The position numbers and the translations under genes are program-made. Positions 28,586-39,825 of a DNA stretch of 64,000 bases are shown here, piece by piece (the first letter of the stretch is position 1; each line of letters starts with the position of its first letter). A model generated the notes under the pieces. It made no database searches. It was not told the origin of the DNA and saw only the letters and a program-made list of their open reading frames with translations. This DNA is from a bacterium (GTDB lineage Bacteria; Krumholzibacteriota; Krumholzibacteriia; LZORAL124-64-63). The stretch covers positions 35,890 through 99,889 of the forward strand of contig JANOEP010000011.1 in assembly GCA_031441465.1 (NCBI GenBank). The letters run 5' to 3'.

Positions 28586-29950
28586 ATGGACAGACTCGAC
28601 GCCCTGTGCCGATTCCGACCGTTGAGCGTGGCCGACATCCTCGACGCCTTGGCCGAAGGGGTCGTCGCCGTCGACGAGAACCTGCGTGTGCTGGGCATGA
28701 ACGCCAGGGCTCGGGCCTTGTTCGAGACGCCGGCGGACGGGCTCGGCGGCGCCTCGGTGTGTGAGCTGTTCGGAGAGGGAACCTGCCCGCTGGCGTGCCT
28801 GCGGGAAACGTTGACCACCGGCCGGCCCATCCGCGACTACCAGACACGGGTGAGGCTGGCGGGCGGCCGTCTCGGCGAGGTGCAGATCAGCACGATCCCG
28901 CTGGCGAGCGAGTCGGGCGTGGTGCACGGCGCGGCGATCATCATCAGCGACGTGACCGAGGTGACGATCCTGCGCAAGGAGGTCGACGCCCGGCACCGCC
29001 ACGGCGCCATCATCGGTCGCGACCGGCGCATGCTCGACCTGTACCGGCTGATCGAGGATGTCGGGCCGAGCCAGGCCACGGTCCTGATCCGCGGCGAGAG
29101 CGGCACCGGCAAGGAACTGGTGGCGCAGGCCGTCCACTACGCGTCCCATCGCGCCGACGGCCCGTTCGTGATGGTCAACTGCGCCGCTCTTTCCGAGGGG
29201 CTGCTCGAGAGCGAGTTGTTCGGCCACGTGCGCGGCGCCTTCACGGGTGCGATCGCGACGCGGCGGGGCCGCTTCGAGGAGGCGCGCGGCGGCACGCTGT
29301 TCCTGGACGAGATCGGCGACGTCAGCCCGGTGGTGCAGGTCAAACTGCTGCGCGTGCTCCAGGAGCGCGTCATCGAGCGCGTCGGCGACAACACGCCCGT
29401 GCCGGTGGACGTGCGCATTGTCTCGGCCACGAACCGGGATCTGGAAGACCTGGTCGCGCGCGGGCGGTTGCGCGAGGACTTCTATTACCGCATCAAGGTC
29501 GTGGTCCTGGACATCCCGCCCCTGCGCGAGCGCCGCGAGGACATCCCGCTGCTGGTCGATCACTTCCTGGCACGCAACCCGCAGGCCTCGCGCGGCGTCT
29601 CTACCGAAGCGCTGCGGGTGCTGATGGCCCATGCCTGGCCCGGGAACGTCCGCGAGCTGGAGAACTCGCTCGAACACGCCTTCGTCCTGTGCCGCGGCGG
29701 GATCATCGAACCCGCGCACCTGCCGCCGGAAGTGGCGGCGGGAGCGGCGGGCGGGCGCGTCCAGGCCGGGCTGCGCGGCCTGCCCCGCCACGGCGACACC
29801 GAGCGCGACGCGGTGCTGGCGGCGCTGGTGCGCCACGGCTGGCACCGCGTCCGCACCGCCCGCAGCCTGGGGGTTGACAGGACCACGCTGTGGCGCAAGA
29901 TCCGCGAGTACGGCCTGACGCCGCCGGATGCCGGCGCCGTCGGAAACTGA
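28586..29950 (+). CDS. Sigma-54-dependent transcriptional activator: PAS sensor, AAA+ sigma-54 interaction domain and Fis-type HTH. No receiver domain.
   Basis: RBS GGGGAGGAACC then [11 protein letters not shown] Walker A, GAFTGA sigma-54 contact motif, and a C-terminal HTH ([24 protein letters not shown]). Confidence 0.85.
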   Translation: MDRLDALCRFRPLSVADILDALAEGVVAVDENLRVLGMNARARALFETPADGLGGASVCELFGEGTCPLACLRETLTTGRPIRDYQTRVRLAGGRLGEVQISTIPLASESGVVHGAAIIISDVTEVTILRKEVDARHRHGAIIGRDRRMLDLYRLIEDVGPSQATVLIRGESGTGKELVAQAVHYASHRADGPFVMVNCAALSEGLLESELFGHVRGAFTGAIATRRGRFEEARGGTLFLDEIGDVSPVVQVKLLRVLQERVIERVGDNTPVPVDVRIVSATNRDLEDLVARGRLREDFYYRIKVVVLDIPPLRERREDIPLLVDHFLARNPQASRGVSTEALRVLMAHAWPGNVRELENSLEHAFVLCRGGIIEPAHLPPEVAAGAAGGRVQAGLRGLPRHGDTERDAVLAALVRHGWHRVRTARSLGVDRTTLWRKIREYGLTPPDAGAVGN

Positions 29951-29964
29951 TCCGAGGGGGGAAC

Positions 29965-30837
29965 ATGGCGGGCAAGAACAACTGGCTGCTGGGCTGCGGG
30001 ATCGGCTGCCTCGCGGTGATCGTGATCTCGGTCCTGGGCGGCGTCCTGCTGTTCAACACCGGCAAGAAGGTCGTGGCGCGCTTCGAGGAGCTGGGCGACA
30101 CCCAGCGCGCGCTCGCCGACCGCTTCGGCGCAGTCGCGGATTACGTCCCGCCCGCCGCCGGCGCCCTGCCGGCCGAGCGGGTCGAGATCTTCCTGCGCGT
30201 CCAGGAGACGCTCCACGAGACGGGCCAACAACTCGTCGGCCACGGCCGAGCCCTCCAAGAACTCGAACACCAGAAGGGCAAGGGCATCGGCCCGGCCAGC
30301 ATCCTGCGCGGGATCCGCGGCGTGGTGGGCATCGGCCGCTACGCCGCCGAGTACCTGCAGGAGCGCAACGAGGCTCTGTTGGCGGCGGGGATGGGCCTGG
30401 GCGAGTATTCCTACCTGTATGTCCTGGGTTACCACAGTTGGCTCGGCCGCGAGTTCGATCCCACGTTCGGCGAACCCTCCACGCGGGTCGATGCCGACCA
30501 CGGGGCGCGGATCGAGATCGGCGACCGTGACGACGAGCGCCGTTCCGAGCGCCTGCAGGGTTTGTTCCGCAACTGGTCGACGAACCAGCACCAGGCCGCG
30601 GTCGCGGCCGGCCTCGACGCTGCATGGTGCGAGCGCCTGGCCGCCGAGGCCCTCGCCGCGGCGTCGGCCGACAGCCTGCGCCTGCCCTGGACCGGCGGCT
30701 TGCCGGCGCCCATCACGTCCAGCCTCGACCCGTTCCGGTCGCGCTTCGAAGCGACGTACCAGCCCCTGGATCCCCTGGTGGGGGTGGGGGTCGAGCAGGA
30801 TCATGACGGGCAGGGGTACGACTTCAAGATTGAGTGA
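29965..30837 (+). CDS. Hypothetical membrane-anchored protein.
   Basis: N-terminal TM (LLGCGIGCLAVIVISVLGGVLLF). No recognisable family. Confidence 0.45.
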   Translation: MAGKNNWLLGCGIGCLAVIVISVLGGVLLFNTGKKVVARFEELGDTQRALADRFGAVADYVPPAAGALPAERVEIFLRVQETLHETGQQLVGHGRALQELEHQKGKGIGPASILRGIRGVVGIGRYAAEYLQERNEALLAAGMGLGEYSYLYVLGYHSWLGREFDPTFGEPSTRVDADHGARIEIGDRDDERRSERLQGLFRNWSTNQHQAAVAAGLDAAWCERLAAEALAAASADSLRLPWTGGLPAPITSSLDPFRSRFEATYQPLDPLVGVGVEQDHDGQGYDFKIE

Positions 30838-30873
30838 GCCGACGATCGTCGACGGCCGATCCAGCAGGGCGCC

Positions 30874-30905
30874 CTCTCCCTTTCGGGAAGAGGGCGCTTG
30901 CATGT
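30874..30905. terminator. Hairpin between convergent genes (GCGCCCTCTCCC-TTTC-GGGAAGAGGGCGC).
   Basis: 12-bp GC-rich stem with a 4-nt loop, and a short T run in the loop region only. No clear U-tract. Confidence 0.35.
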
Positions 30906-30921
30906 TCAGCCCTCGCGTTCA

Positions 30922-31095
30922 TCACTCCCGCTCGTCCGGGGGCGGCGGCGCACGTCCGGTCCGCTTGCGCACCGCCTCGCGCAGCAGGTACTCGATCTGG
31001 CCGTTCACGCTGCGGAATTCCTGGTCGGCCCAACGCCGCAGCTCTTCGTAGAGTTCGGGACTCAGGCGCAGCGGGAAGGACTTGCGATCGGCCAC
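30922..31095 (-). CDS. Arc/MetJ-type ribbon-helix-helix DNA-binding protein, ~57 aa. Not in the ORF track.
   Basis: Minus-strand translation [57 protein letters not shown]. Classic Arc-family beta-strand/helix pattern. GTG start 4 nt after the upstream stop. Confidence 0.5.
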   Translation of the reverse strand: MADRKSFPLRLSPELYEELRRWADQEFRSVNGQIEYLLREAVRKRTGRAPPPPDERE

Positions 31096-31099
31096 GAGG

Positions 31100-31558
31100 T
31101 CACGCTCCGCTTCGCTGCGGGAGGTGTGCGCGCGCCTTCTCGACGGCCTTCAGCAGTTCGTCGGGGTCCGGCGCGCTGATGATGACCGGCAGACCGGAAT
31201 CCAGCGTTACCACGACGCCCCGACGGCCGCTCATCCGGAATTCACCCCTCTGGGGGTGCACTCCGGCCTCCAGATTCGCCAACCACCGGCCCTGGAACGT
31301 CGCGCAGCTGCGGATTCGCGAGATCGGGATCCGGCGCCCGGGGAAGCCGAACAGACAGCGGATCTTCAACTCCTCGTAGGTCACGGTGACGGTCATCACG
31401 CCGAAGATCACCGGCGTGGCGAGCATGACCGTGTAGACCCACCAGGGGGCGCCTTCCCCGGGATCGCCCAGGCTGAGGACCCCGATGAAGACGAGCATGA
31501 CGATGCAGATGCCCAGCATGACCCAGCTGATCTGCCGCGACTGGTAGAGGGGTGTCAC
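31100..31558 (-). CDS. Membrane protein with two TM helices and a bacterial PH-like (bPH_2/DUF304-type) domain.
   Basis: Two N-terminal TM segments followed by a ~90-aa soluble domain. Immediately downstream of the SPFH gene. Confidence 0.5.
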   Translation of the reverse strand: MTPLYQSRQISWVMLGICIVMLVFIGVLSLGDPGEGAPWWVYTVMLATPVIFGVMTVTVTYEELKIRCLFGFPGRRIPISRIRSCATFQGRWLANLEAGVHPQRGEFRMSGRRGVVVTLDSGLPVIISAPDPDELLKAVEKARAHLPQRSGA

Positions 31559-31567
31559 CGCCGCCTC

Positions 31568-32443
31568 CTACTGGTAGAGGGTCCCGGTGTTGATCACGGG
31601 CTGGGTCGCGTGGTTGCTGCACAGCACGACCAGGAGGTTCGAGACCATGGCCGCCTTGCGCTCATCGTCCAGCTCGATGATGGATTTCGAGCTGAGTTCC
31701 TGCAGGGCGCGCTCGACCATGCCGACGGCGCCCTCGACGATCAACTGGCGCGCCGCGACTACGGCGCTGGCCTGCTGGCGCTGCAGCATGGCGCCGGCGA
31801 TCTCGGAGGCGTACGCCAGGTGGCTCAGCCGCGCTTCGATGACCTCGACGCCGGCCCGGGACAGACGCTCGTGCAGTTCCTTTTCGAGTCGGTGGTTGAT
31901 CTCCTCGGTGGTGCCGCGCAGGGTCAGTTCGTTCTCGCCGCCGTCGTAGGGGAAGGCGCTCGCGAGGTGGCGCAGCGCGGCCTCGCTCTGCGTGTGGATG
32001 TAGTCCTCGTAGTGGTCGACCTCGAACAGGGCGCCGGTCGTGTCGACCACGCGCCAGACGACCACCGCGGCGATCTCGATCGGGTTGCCCGTGAGGTCGT
32101 TGACCTTGATCCTCTCGCCGTTGAGGTTGCGCGCCCGCAGCGAGATCTTGATCTTCGTGTAGAAGGGGTTGGCCCAGCAGAAACCGTTCTGCTTCACCGT
32201 GCCGCGGTAGTCGCCGAACAGCAGGACCACGGCCGCCTCGTTCGGATTCACCACGAACAGCCCCGCCAGCAGGAAGATGCTCACGACCATGGCCGAGAGC
32301 GCCGTGATCAGCATCCAGATCACATGGCTGGTGATCGCGTTGACGAACAGCCAGATCGACCCGCCCAGCAAGAGCAGCAGGAAGGGCAGGAAGAACAGGC
32401 CCGAAGCGACCTTCAGCGTCTTCTCGGTGTGCATCGGTGGCAT
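31568..32443 (-). CDS. SPFH/Band-7 family protein (stomatin/HflK-C-like).
   Basis: N-terminal TM, SPFH core, and a C-terminal coiled-coil region ([23 protein letters not shown]). Confidence 0.8.
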   Translation of the reverse strand: MPPMHTEKTLKVASGLFFLPFLLLLLGGSIWLFVNAITSHVIWMLITALSAMVVSIFLLAGLFVVNPNEAAVVLLFGDYRGTVKQNGFCWANPFYTKIKISLRARNLNGERIKVNDLTGNPIEIAAVVVWRVVDTTGALFEVDHYEDYIHTQSEAALRHLASAFPYDGGENELTLRGTTEEINHRLEKELHERLSRAGVEVIEARLSHLAYASEIAGAMLQRQQASAVVAARQLIVEGAVGMVERALQELSSKSIIELDDERKAAMVSNLLVVLCSNHATQPVINTGTLYQ

Positions 32444-32587
32444 CCTCCGCGTTGGGGCCCCGGCGGGGCCTCGGTTGAGTGATGTAGAAATGATATCATA
32501 AAGAGATCATACGCGCAAACCGATTCCATGTTGCACCATCAAACGCCGGCCAGGTCGCAACCCCCGCCCCGAGTCAGGTACCGGTGT

Positions 32588-32729
32588 CCCGGATCTGCAC
32601 ATCCTGCGGTATCGGGGGCGTCTGAAGGCCTCCGGCGCCAGGAGGGCGCCGGAGGCCGGAAGTCGAGCGGGCCGGGCACAGGATGTTCCCGGCCCGCGTC
32701 CCCCGCTACGGCAGGATGTGCAGATCTGG
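32588..32729. repeat. Second nested palindromic element: 19-bp outer inverted repeat (CCGGATCTGCACATCCTGC ... GCAGGATGTGCAGATCTGG) enclosing a perfect 13-bp-stem hairpin GGCCTCCGGCGCC-AGGA-GGCGCCGGAGGCC.
   Basis: Shares the ACATCCTG/CAGGATGT core with the element at 11423-11569. Lies between the pepT stop and the SPFH start. Confidence 0.65.
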
Positions 32730-32734
32730 AACTC

Positions 32735-34009
<1,275 letters not shown>

Positions 34010-34110
34010 GCAGGGGTCTCCTTAGTGGGCGTCGTCCGGGTGGCGGGGGGGGGACCGGGATCGGTGCCAGGAGACAAAGTAGGCCCCTTGTGGGGGGCGG
34101 GCAAGTTCCT

Positions 34111-35436
34111 TCAGAGAGCGATGATTTCTTGGATATCCGCCTGATCGCCTCCGAATACGATGCCGATCTCCCTCAGCAGGGGGAACGGCGGATCGCCGCC
34201 GGCGAAGATGAAGACGAAATCGTTCGGCAGGATGGCGGGACCGGTCGTCGTGGTCAGCGCCACGGTGTCGGCCTGGATCGCGGTCAGCTGCGAGTCGCCC
34301 AGGAAGCGCACGGCTCCGGAGGCGATCAGGGCCTCGACCTTGTCCGCGTTGCGTTTCTTGATGCGCAGCAGACGGGGCTTGCGGTAGGAAAGCGTCACTT
34401 CGATGTCCGGCTGGCTGGCCAGGGCGACCGCGGCTTCGACGGCGCTGTCGCCCCCGCCGACGACCAGCACCCGGTTACCCCGGTACAGCGAGGCGTCGAT
34501 GAGGCGGTAGGCCACCTTCGCGGCGTCTTCGCCGGCGATGCCGAGCTTGCGCGGCGTGCCACGGCGGCCCAGGGCGAGCACCACGTTCCGGGCGCGATGG
34601 TCGCCGGCCGTCGTGTGGACTTTCAGGTCGCCGTGGCTGCCCGTGATGCTCAGCAGGCGCTCGTCGGTGTGGATCTTCAGGTCGTGCTCCGTGTGCAGGC
34701 GCAGCCAGATATCCAGCAGGTCCTCCTTGCTGTACTCCTTCTGCAGCAACGGGCCGTACAGGGGGATCACGACCGGCTGGACCAGCACCAGCTTGCGACG
34801 GGGGTATTGCAGGATGGTGCCGCCCGGTCCCTGTTGGTCCAGCACCAGGCAGCGCAGGCCGTGCTGGCGCGCCGTCAGCGCCGCGCTCAGGCCGCCGGGT
34901 CCCGCGCCCACGACGATCGCGTCCCAGCACGCGTCGCCGGCAGGGAAGGGGCCGCGGGCGACGATCGCCTCCATGGCGCGGCGTCCCTGGTCCACGGCGT
35001 TGCTCACCAGAGCGAACCCGCCCAACTCGCCGGCGACGAAGATCCCCGGCCGGCTGGTCTCGAGTTCCGGGCTGAGCACGGGGATGTCGTCGCGGGTCGT
35101 GATGTCTCCCAGACCGACCTTCAGCGCGCCGACGGGGCAGGCTTCGGCGCAGCGGCCGTGGCCGATGCACCGGGCGCCGTTGGTGATCACGGCCTTGCCG
35201 CCGACGATGCCGAGCACGTCGCCTTCCGGGCAGGCCGCCACGCAGGAGCCGCAGCCGATGCAGGCGTTGGCGTCGATGAGCGGGTACTGGCCGACGGGCC
35301 GGTTCATGCCGAGCGCCACGGTCTCGTCCCGCCGGGCGGCGTCCCGGATCCGGGTGGCGCGGAAGCGCAGGAAGTAGGGAACGAACAGGCCGGCGCCCAG
35401 CAGGAGGGCACAGCCCCAGATCAGCAACGATTCCAT
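34111..35436 (-). CDS. Membrane-anchored 4Fe-4S ferredoxin-domain / FAD-dependent pyridine-nucleotide-disulfide oxidoreductase (thioredoxin-reductase-like).
   Basis: N-terminal TM. CIGCGSCVAACP and CIGHGRCAEACP cluster motifs. GAGPGG and GGGDSAVE dinucleotide-binding motifs. Confidence 0.75.
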   Translation of the reverse strand: MESLLIWGCALLLGAGLFVPYFLRFRATRIRDAARRDETVALGMNRPVGQYPLIDANACIGCGSCVAACPEGDVLGIVGGKAVITNGARCIGHGRCAEACPVGALKVGLGDITTRDDIPVLSPELETSRPGIFVAGELGGFALVSNAVDQGRRAMEAIVARGPFPAGDACWDAIVVGAGPGGLSAALTARQHGLRCLVLDQQGPGGTILQYPRRKLVLVQPVVIPLYGPLLQKEYSKEDLLDIWLRLHTEHDLKIHTDERLLSITGSHGDLKVHTTAGDHRARNVVLALGRRGTPRKLGIAGEDAAKVAYRLIDASLYRGNRVLVVGGGDSAVEAAVALASQPDIEVTLSYRKPRLLRIKKRNADKVEALIASGAVRFLGDSQLTAIQADTVALTTTTGPAILPNDFVFIFAGGDPPFPLLREIGIVFGGDQADIQEIIAL

Positions 35437-35453
35437 GTCCCCCCCATGCCGAT

Positions 35454-37076
35454 TCAGAAACGCAGCGAGAGATCGGCGCGCAGACGGTCGGCCTGGAGAT
35501 CGTCGCCGCCGTCCCGCTCGTACTCCAGGCCCGCCAGCCAGGCCCGATTCAGGACCTTCCGCGCGCCGATCCTGGCCCAGTGCGAGTTGCGCGTCGCGGC
35601 GCCGGTGAGGTCGTAGTTGTAGAGCCCGGCCGCAAACTGCAGGTCCAGCCCGTCGCGCAGAGCATGATCCAGCCGCAGGGAAGGTGTCAATCCGGACACC
35701 CGCGGGCCGTCGAAGCCCCGCAGGTCCAGGGTCAGGTGGTTGCCGGCTCCCAGGATGCCGGCGCGTCCTACGCCGAAGCCCCAGCTCCAGGTGTCGCCGT
35801 CGCGGCCGGCGCCGCCGCGCACGCCGCCGTCGGCGCTCAACGACCAACCGGCGCCTCCGGTCCAGCGCGTCCGCAGTCGCAGGCCCATCCGCTCGGCGTC
35901 GCGGAAGAGGCTGTCGGGGAGCGAACGGTTCGTCCAAGTGCGGTACAGCTCGCGGCGGTCGTGACTCAGCGAGGCGCTCAGGTTCGGCGTGAATCGCGCG
36001 GAGAGGCTGGTGACCGAGTTGCTCAGGGCGAAGCGACGGCCTTCCGTCGCGTACCGCCAGCCCCGGTTGACTTCCAGTTCGGCGCTCTGGTGCAGGCGGA
36101 AGGCGCCCGTGCGGCCGAGGTCGCCGTCCAGCAGGAGGTACTCGCGGCTGGCTTCGCTGCCGTGGTACTCCCCGACCGCGGCCAGGACGAGATTCCAGGA
36201 CCGGTCGGCGCCGTCGTCGTCGGTCCAGGCCAGGAAACCGCCACCCTTGCGCTCGTCGCTGCTCGGCTCGCTGGTGCGCGGGTCGGGCGTGAAGCCCGCG
36301 AAGGCGCCGACCCGCGTGCCGGCGGCCAGGCGCCGGCTGGCCAGGACCCCGTCGAGCTGGCCGAAACCGCTGACGGCCCGGCTGGTGATCCTGCCCAGGC
36401 TGTAGTGCCAGTCGTCGGCTGGAAGCTCGTGCGAAAGGGTGAAGAGGTAGACGCGGTTGCGCCACTCGTTCTCGGCGGCGGACGAGTAGCCGGCGGCGCG
36501 GCGGTTCTGGCGCAGGGTGCCCCGCACCTGCAGTTCGTGGCCGCCGGCGAACGGTTCGCGAGACCGCAGGTCGAAGCGCAGCGCCGGCTGGGTCAAGTCG
36601 AGGTCGGCCTCGCTGCGGTCGTTGCTGTGCAGCCACTGCAGGGCGAGTCGGCCGCGCAGGAAGAAAGGCTGCCGCGGCGCCGTCGCCGCCGGTCGCGGCA
36701 CGGGCGCGATCGACCCGGCGCCGGCGGCGGGCTCCGTGACGGCCTCGGTGTCGGCCGGCGCGGGCGCGGGGCCTTGCCGGATCACGGTGGCCGTGTCGCC
36801 GGGTTGGACGTCCGCCGGCGCACCCGTGATCCGGCAAGAGGCCGAATGCTCGGCCAGGTGCTCGAGCGTGATCTCGGTGACGGGCGCGTCGCGGCGCAGG
36901 ATCTGCAACACGTCGCCCGCGCGCAGGCCGTCGGCGCGGCCGGCGTCGAGGTAGACCTGATCGGCGGACACGTAGCTGACCTTGGCGCGCGGCAGGTCGT
37001 CCGCCCGCGCCGCCGGGGACGCGAGACCGAGGATCAAGATCCCGGCCAGCAACCAAGGGTGCTGTCGCTGTGTCAT
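35454..37076 (-). CDS. Outer-membrane beta-barrel protein, a putative porin component of a porin-cytochrome complex.
   Basis: Signal peptide. Alternating amphipathic beta-strand pattern over ~450 aa. C-terminal ...DLSLRF with terminal Phe, typical of OMPs. ATG overlaps the stop of the upstream cytochrome gene. Confidence 0.65.
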   Translation of the reverse strand: MTQRQHPWLLAGILILGLASPAARADDLPRAKVSYVSADQVYLDAGRADGLRAGDVLQILRRDAPVTEITLEHLAEHSASCRITGAPADVQPGDTATVIRQGPAPAPADTEAVTEPAAGAGSIAPVPRPAATAPRQPFFLRGRLALQWLHSNDRSEADLDLTQPALRFDLRSREPFAGGHELQVRGTLRQNRRAAGYSSAAENEWRNRVYLFTLSHELPADDWHYSLGRITSRAVSGFGQLDGVLASRRLAAGTRVGAFAGFTPDPRTSEPSSDERKGGGFLAWTDDDGADRSWNLVLAAVGEYHGSEASREYLLLDGDLGRTGAFRLHQSAELEVNRGWRYATEGRRFALSNSVTSLSARFTPNLSASLSHDRRELYRTWTNRSLPDSLFRDAERMGLRLRTRWTGGAGWSLSADGGVRGGAGRDGDTWSWGFGVGRAGILGAGNHLTLDLRGFDGPRVSGLTPSLRLDHALRDGLDLQFAAGLYNYDLTGAATRNSHWARIGARKVLNRAWLAGLEYERDGGDDLQADRLRADLSLRF

Positions 37077-38101
37077 CAGTTACCTCGGGGGTGGCACTGG
37101 AAGCAGGCGGCGCTCTGGTAGGCGTAGCCGTTCTCGCCCTGGTGTCGCTGGTCCGTTTCCGTGCGGTTGTGCTCGTGGCAGAAGATGCACTCGAACACGG
37201 CATAGTTCGTCGGCGTCACGTGGCAGTCGACGCAGGCGTTCCACTCGTTGTTGTGCCGGCCCGAGTAGATCGGGAACAGCGTGTCGTGGTTCCAGTTCGA
37301 CGGCTGCCAGACCGAGGTCGTGTGGCAGGAGGCGCACTGGGTGTTGAAGCCGGCGGCGACGTGGCCGGGATCGTTGGCCGCCTCGTAGTCGGGGCGGTGG
37401 CAGGCGTAGCAGTCGGTCGGCGTGCCCGTGTAGCCCGCGGTGTGGCAGGAGGCGCAGGTCGCAGCGGCGTGGGCGCCGGTCAGCGGGAAGGCCGCCGAGT
37501 GGATGAAGGAGCCGGAGCCCCAATCGCTCGCCGTCATCCCGTGGCAGCTGGAGCAGTCCGTGCTGAAGCCGTTGGCCGCGTGGTCGGGATCGCGCGTCGC
37601 TTCGTAGTCGGTGTCGTGGCAACCGAGGCAGTCGGCGGCGATCGCGGTGTGCTCCTCGCCGGGCGATCCCTGGTGGCAGGCGTCGCAGTCCGCGACGGCG
37701 TGGGCGCCGAGCAGGGGGAAGCCGGTGGCGGGGTGGCGGTTGCGGCTCGCGTCGCGGACGTCCCAGCCGGAGGTGTCGTGGCAGTCTTCGCAGTTCGTGC
37801 CGAAGCGCCGGCGGTGCACGTCGAGGTGGCAGTCGGCGCAGGCCGACGCGACCCGGCGGAACTGCAGGTCCTGATGGCACCCGGAGCAGACGGCCTGGGC
37901 GTGCCGGCCGGTCAGGGCGTAGCCGGTCGTCGTGTGGTCGAACGAGGGCGGCGGCCAGGACACGTTCCACGACGAGGCGTCGTGACAGGCCTCGCAGCGC
38001 ACGTCGATGTCCCCGTGGGGGCTGAGGTCCGGGGTCTGGGCTGGAGCCCGGACCGCGACGGACAGGAGGAACGACAACGGCAGCAGCCAGCGTCGGGTCA
38101 T
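37076..38101 (-). CDS. Multiheme cytochrome c, 13 CxxCH motifs, secreted.
   Basis: Signal peptide MTRRWLLPLSFLLSVAVRAPAQ. 13 CxxCH motifs in 341 aa. ATGA overlap with the upstream gene. Confidence 0.85.
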   Translation of the reverse strand: MTRRWLLPLSFLLSVAVRAPAQTPDLSPHGDIDVRCEACHDASSWNVSWPPPSFDHTTTGYALTGRHAQAVCSGCHQDLQFRRVASACADCHLDVHRRRFGTNCEDCHDTSGWDVRDASRNRHPATGFPLLGAHAVADCDACHQGSPGEEHTAIAADCLGCHDTDYEATRDPDHAANGFSTDCSSCHGMTASDWGSGSFIHSAAFPLTGAHAAATCASCHTAGYTGTPTDCYACHRPDYEAANDPGHVAAGFNTQCASCHTTSVWQPSNWNHDTLFPIYSGRHNNEWNACVDCHVTPTNYAVFECIFCHEHNRTETDQRHQGENGYAYQSAACFQCHPRGN

Positions 38102-39825
38102 GGCCGGTCTCCCTTGGGTTTCGATTCGAGGAACCCCTGCGTGTGGCAGGCCTCGCAGCGCTTGTCGACCGGGCGGTACCGGACCAGGAAGTCGTCGGCG
38201 TCGCCCTCGCGGAGATGGCAGGCCTGGCAGGCCACGTGCTGATGGCCGCCGGCGAGCGGGAAGGTGGTGTCGCGATCGTGGACGAAGCGCTCCGCTTTCC
38301 AGCCGGCGGCGGTGGTGTGGCAGCGGGTGCAGTCGGTGGCGGGCGGGGTCGTCGCCGCGGCGAACTGGCCGCGGTGCGGATCCTGGTGGCACGCGTCGCA
38401 GCGTTCCGGGGTGGGGCTGAAGCGCAGGCTGTCCGAGGCGGCCCGCCGATCCGGCGCGGCCTGCCGATCCAGTGTGGCCTGCCGATCCTGTGGGGCGTGG
38501 CAGGCCCGGCAGGTGGTCGTCGCGTGCTTGCCCGAGAGCGGGAAGCGCGTGCGGCCGTGGTCGTAGGCCACCTGCCGCCACGAGGCGACGTCGTGGCAGA
38601 GCCGGCAACCCGCTTCGGCCTTCTGCGCCGTGCTCGTGCCGGCGTGGGGATCCCGGTGGCAGTCCGTGCACGCCGCCGCCGGCCGCTGCAGGGGCGTCGG
38701 CGCCCCCTGGCGCGGCGGCGCGTGGCAGGCGCTGCAGGCCACGGCGAGGTGGGCGCCCTGCAGGCCGAAACCGGTGGAGTCGTGGCGCGCGACCGTGAAC
38801 GACGACGGTTTGAAGCCGTTCACGGTGTGGCAGCGGCTGCAGGCGTCGTAGGTGCGTCCCTCGGCGGCCTCCGGGTGGCGGTCTTGGTGGCAGCCGTCGC
38901 AGCGCGCGTAGACCAGGGCGCCGCGGGGCGCGTCCGCGCGGTGGCAGGCGTCGCAGCGCAGGGCCGTGTGGCGCCCCCGCAACGGGTAGCGGGTGCGATC
39001 GTGGTCGAAGTCGCCGCCGGCGACCCGCCGCCAGTCCGCGGGATCGTGGCAGCGGGCGCAATCGGCGCCGAGGGAGCCGGCGTGGGGGTCCTTGTGGCAG
39101 GCCGCGCAGCTCGCGTGCTCGACGGGGCGGTAACGGTGCCAGGTGTCGGCAACGCCTTCGACGGTCTCGGTCGTCGCCCGGTGGCAGCGGTCGCAGGCCA
39201 GGTCGCGGTGTTTCCCTGCGAGGACGAAGTCGGCCTTGGCGTGGTCGAACCCGGGAGCGGGCTTCCAGGCGTCCGGCGTGTGGCAGGTCGTGCAGGCGCC
39301 TTCGAACTGGCCACGGTGTTCGTCGCGGTGGCAGTCCAGGCAACCGGCGCCGAGGCCCAGGTAGGTGCGGCCGGGGTTCTTGCCGCGGTCGCGGACGAGG
39401 GAGACGTCCTGGAGCAGATCCGCCCGGTGGCACTTCCGGCAGTCCAGCTTCCGGTGGGCTCCCGCCAGCGGCCACCCAGCCGCAGCGTGGTCGAAGGCGG
39501 CCGGGCCGGCCGGCCAGTGGATCAGGTCGAAGTCGCGACCCTGGTGCTCGACGTGGCAGGTTGTGCAGCGTTCGTGGCCGGCGGTGGCGTGGAGTCCGCG
39601 TCCCGCGGCCACCCGCGTGGCGATCTCCTGGTGGCAGGCCAGGCACTTCGGGCCGACTTTCTGGTCGCCCAGCTCGTGGCAGGACGTGCACGCACGGACG
39701 CCCTCCAGGTGCTCGTGAACGCGGGAGAGCTTGCCGGGCGACAGCTGCGCCGCGGCGAGGACCGGGAATCCCGCAATCAGGACAATATTGATCGCAAAAT
39801 GAGACACACGTCTCAGAACACCCAT
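38098..39825 (-). CDS. Multiheme cytochrome c, ~20 CxxCH motifs, with N-terminal signal/anchor.
   Basis: 575 aa with ~20 CxxCH heme-binding motifs spaced ~20-30 aa apart. Confidence 0.85.
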   Translation of the reverse strand: MGVLRRVSHFAINIVLIAGFPVLAAAQLSPGKLSRVHEHLEGVRACTSCHELGDQKVGPKCLACHQEIATRVAAGRGLHATAGHERCTTCHVEHQGRDFDLIHWPAGPAAFDHAAAGWPLAGAHRKLDCRKCHRADLLQDVSLVRDRGKNPGRTYLGLGAGCLDCHRDEHRGQFEGACTTCHTPDAWKPAPGFDHAKADFVLAGKHRDLACDRCHRATTETVEGVADTWHRYRPVEHASCAACHKDPHAGSLGADCARCHDPADWRRVAGGDFDHDRTRYPLRGRHTALRCDACHRADAPRGALVYARCDGCHQDRHPEAAEGRTYDACSRCHTVNGFKPSSFTVARHDSTGFGLQGAHLAVACSACHAPPRQGAPTPLQRPAAACTDCHRDPHAGTSTAQKAEAGCRLCHDVASWRQVAYDHGRTRFPLSGKHATTTCRACHAPQDRQATLDRQAAPDRRAASDSLRFSPTPERCDACHQDPHRGQFAAATTPPATDCTRCHTTAAGWKAERFVHDRDTTFPLAGGHQHVACQACHLREGDADDFLVRYRPVDKRCEACHTQGFLESKPKGDRP

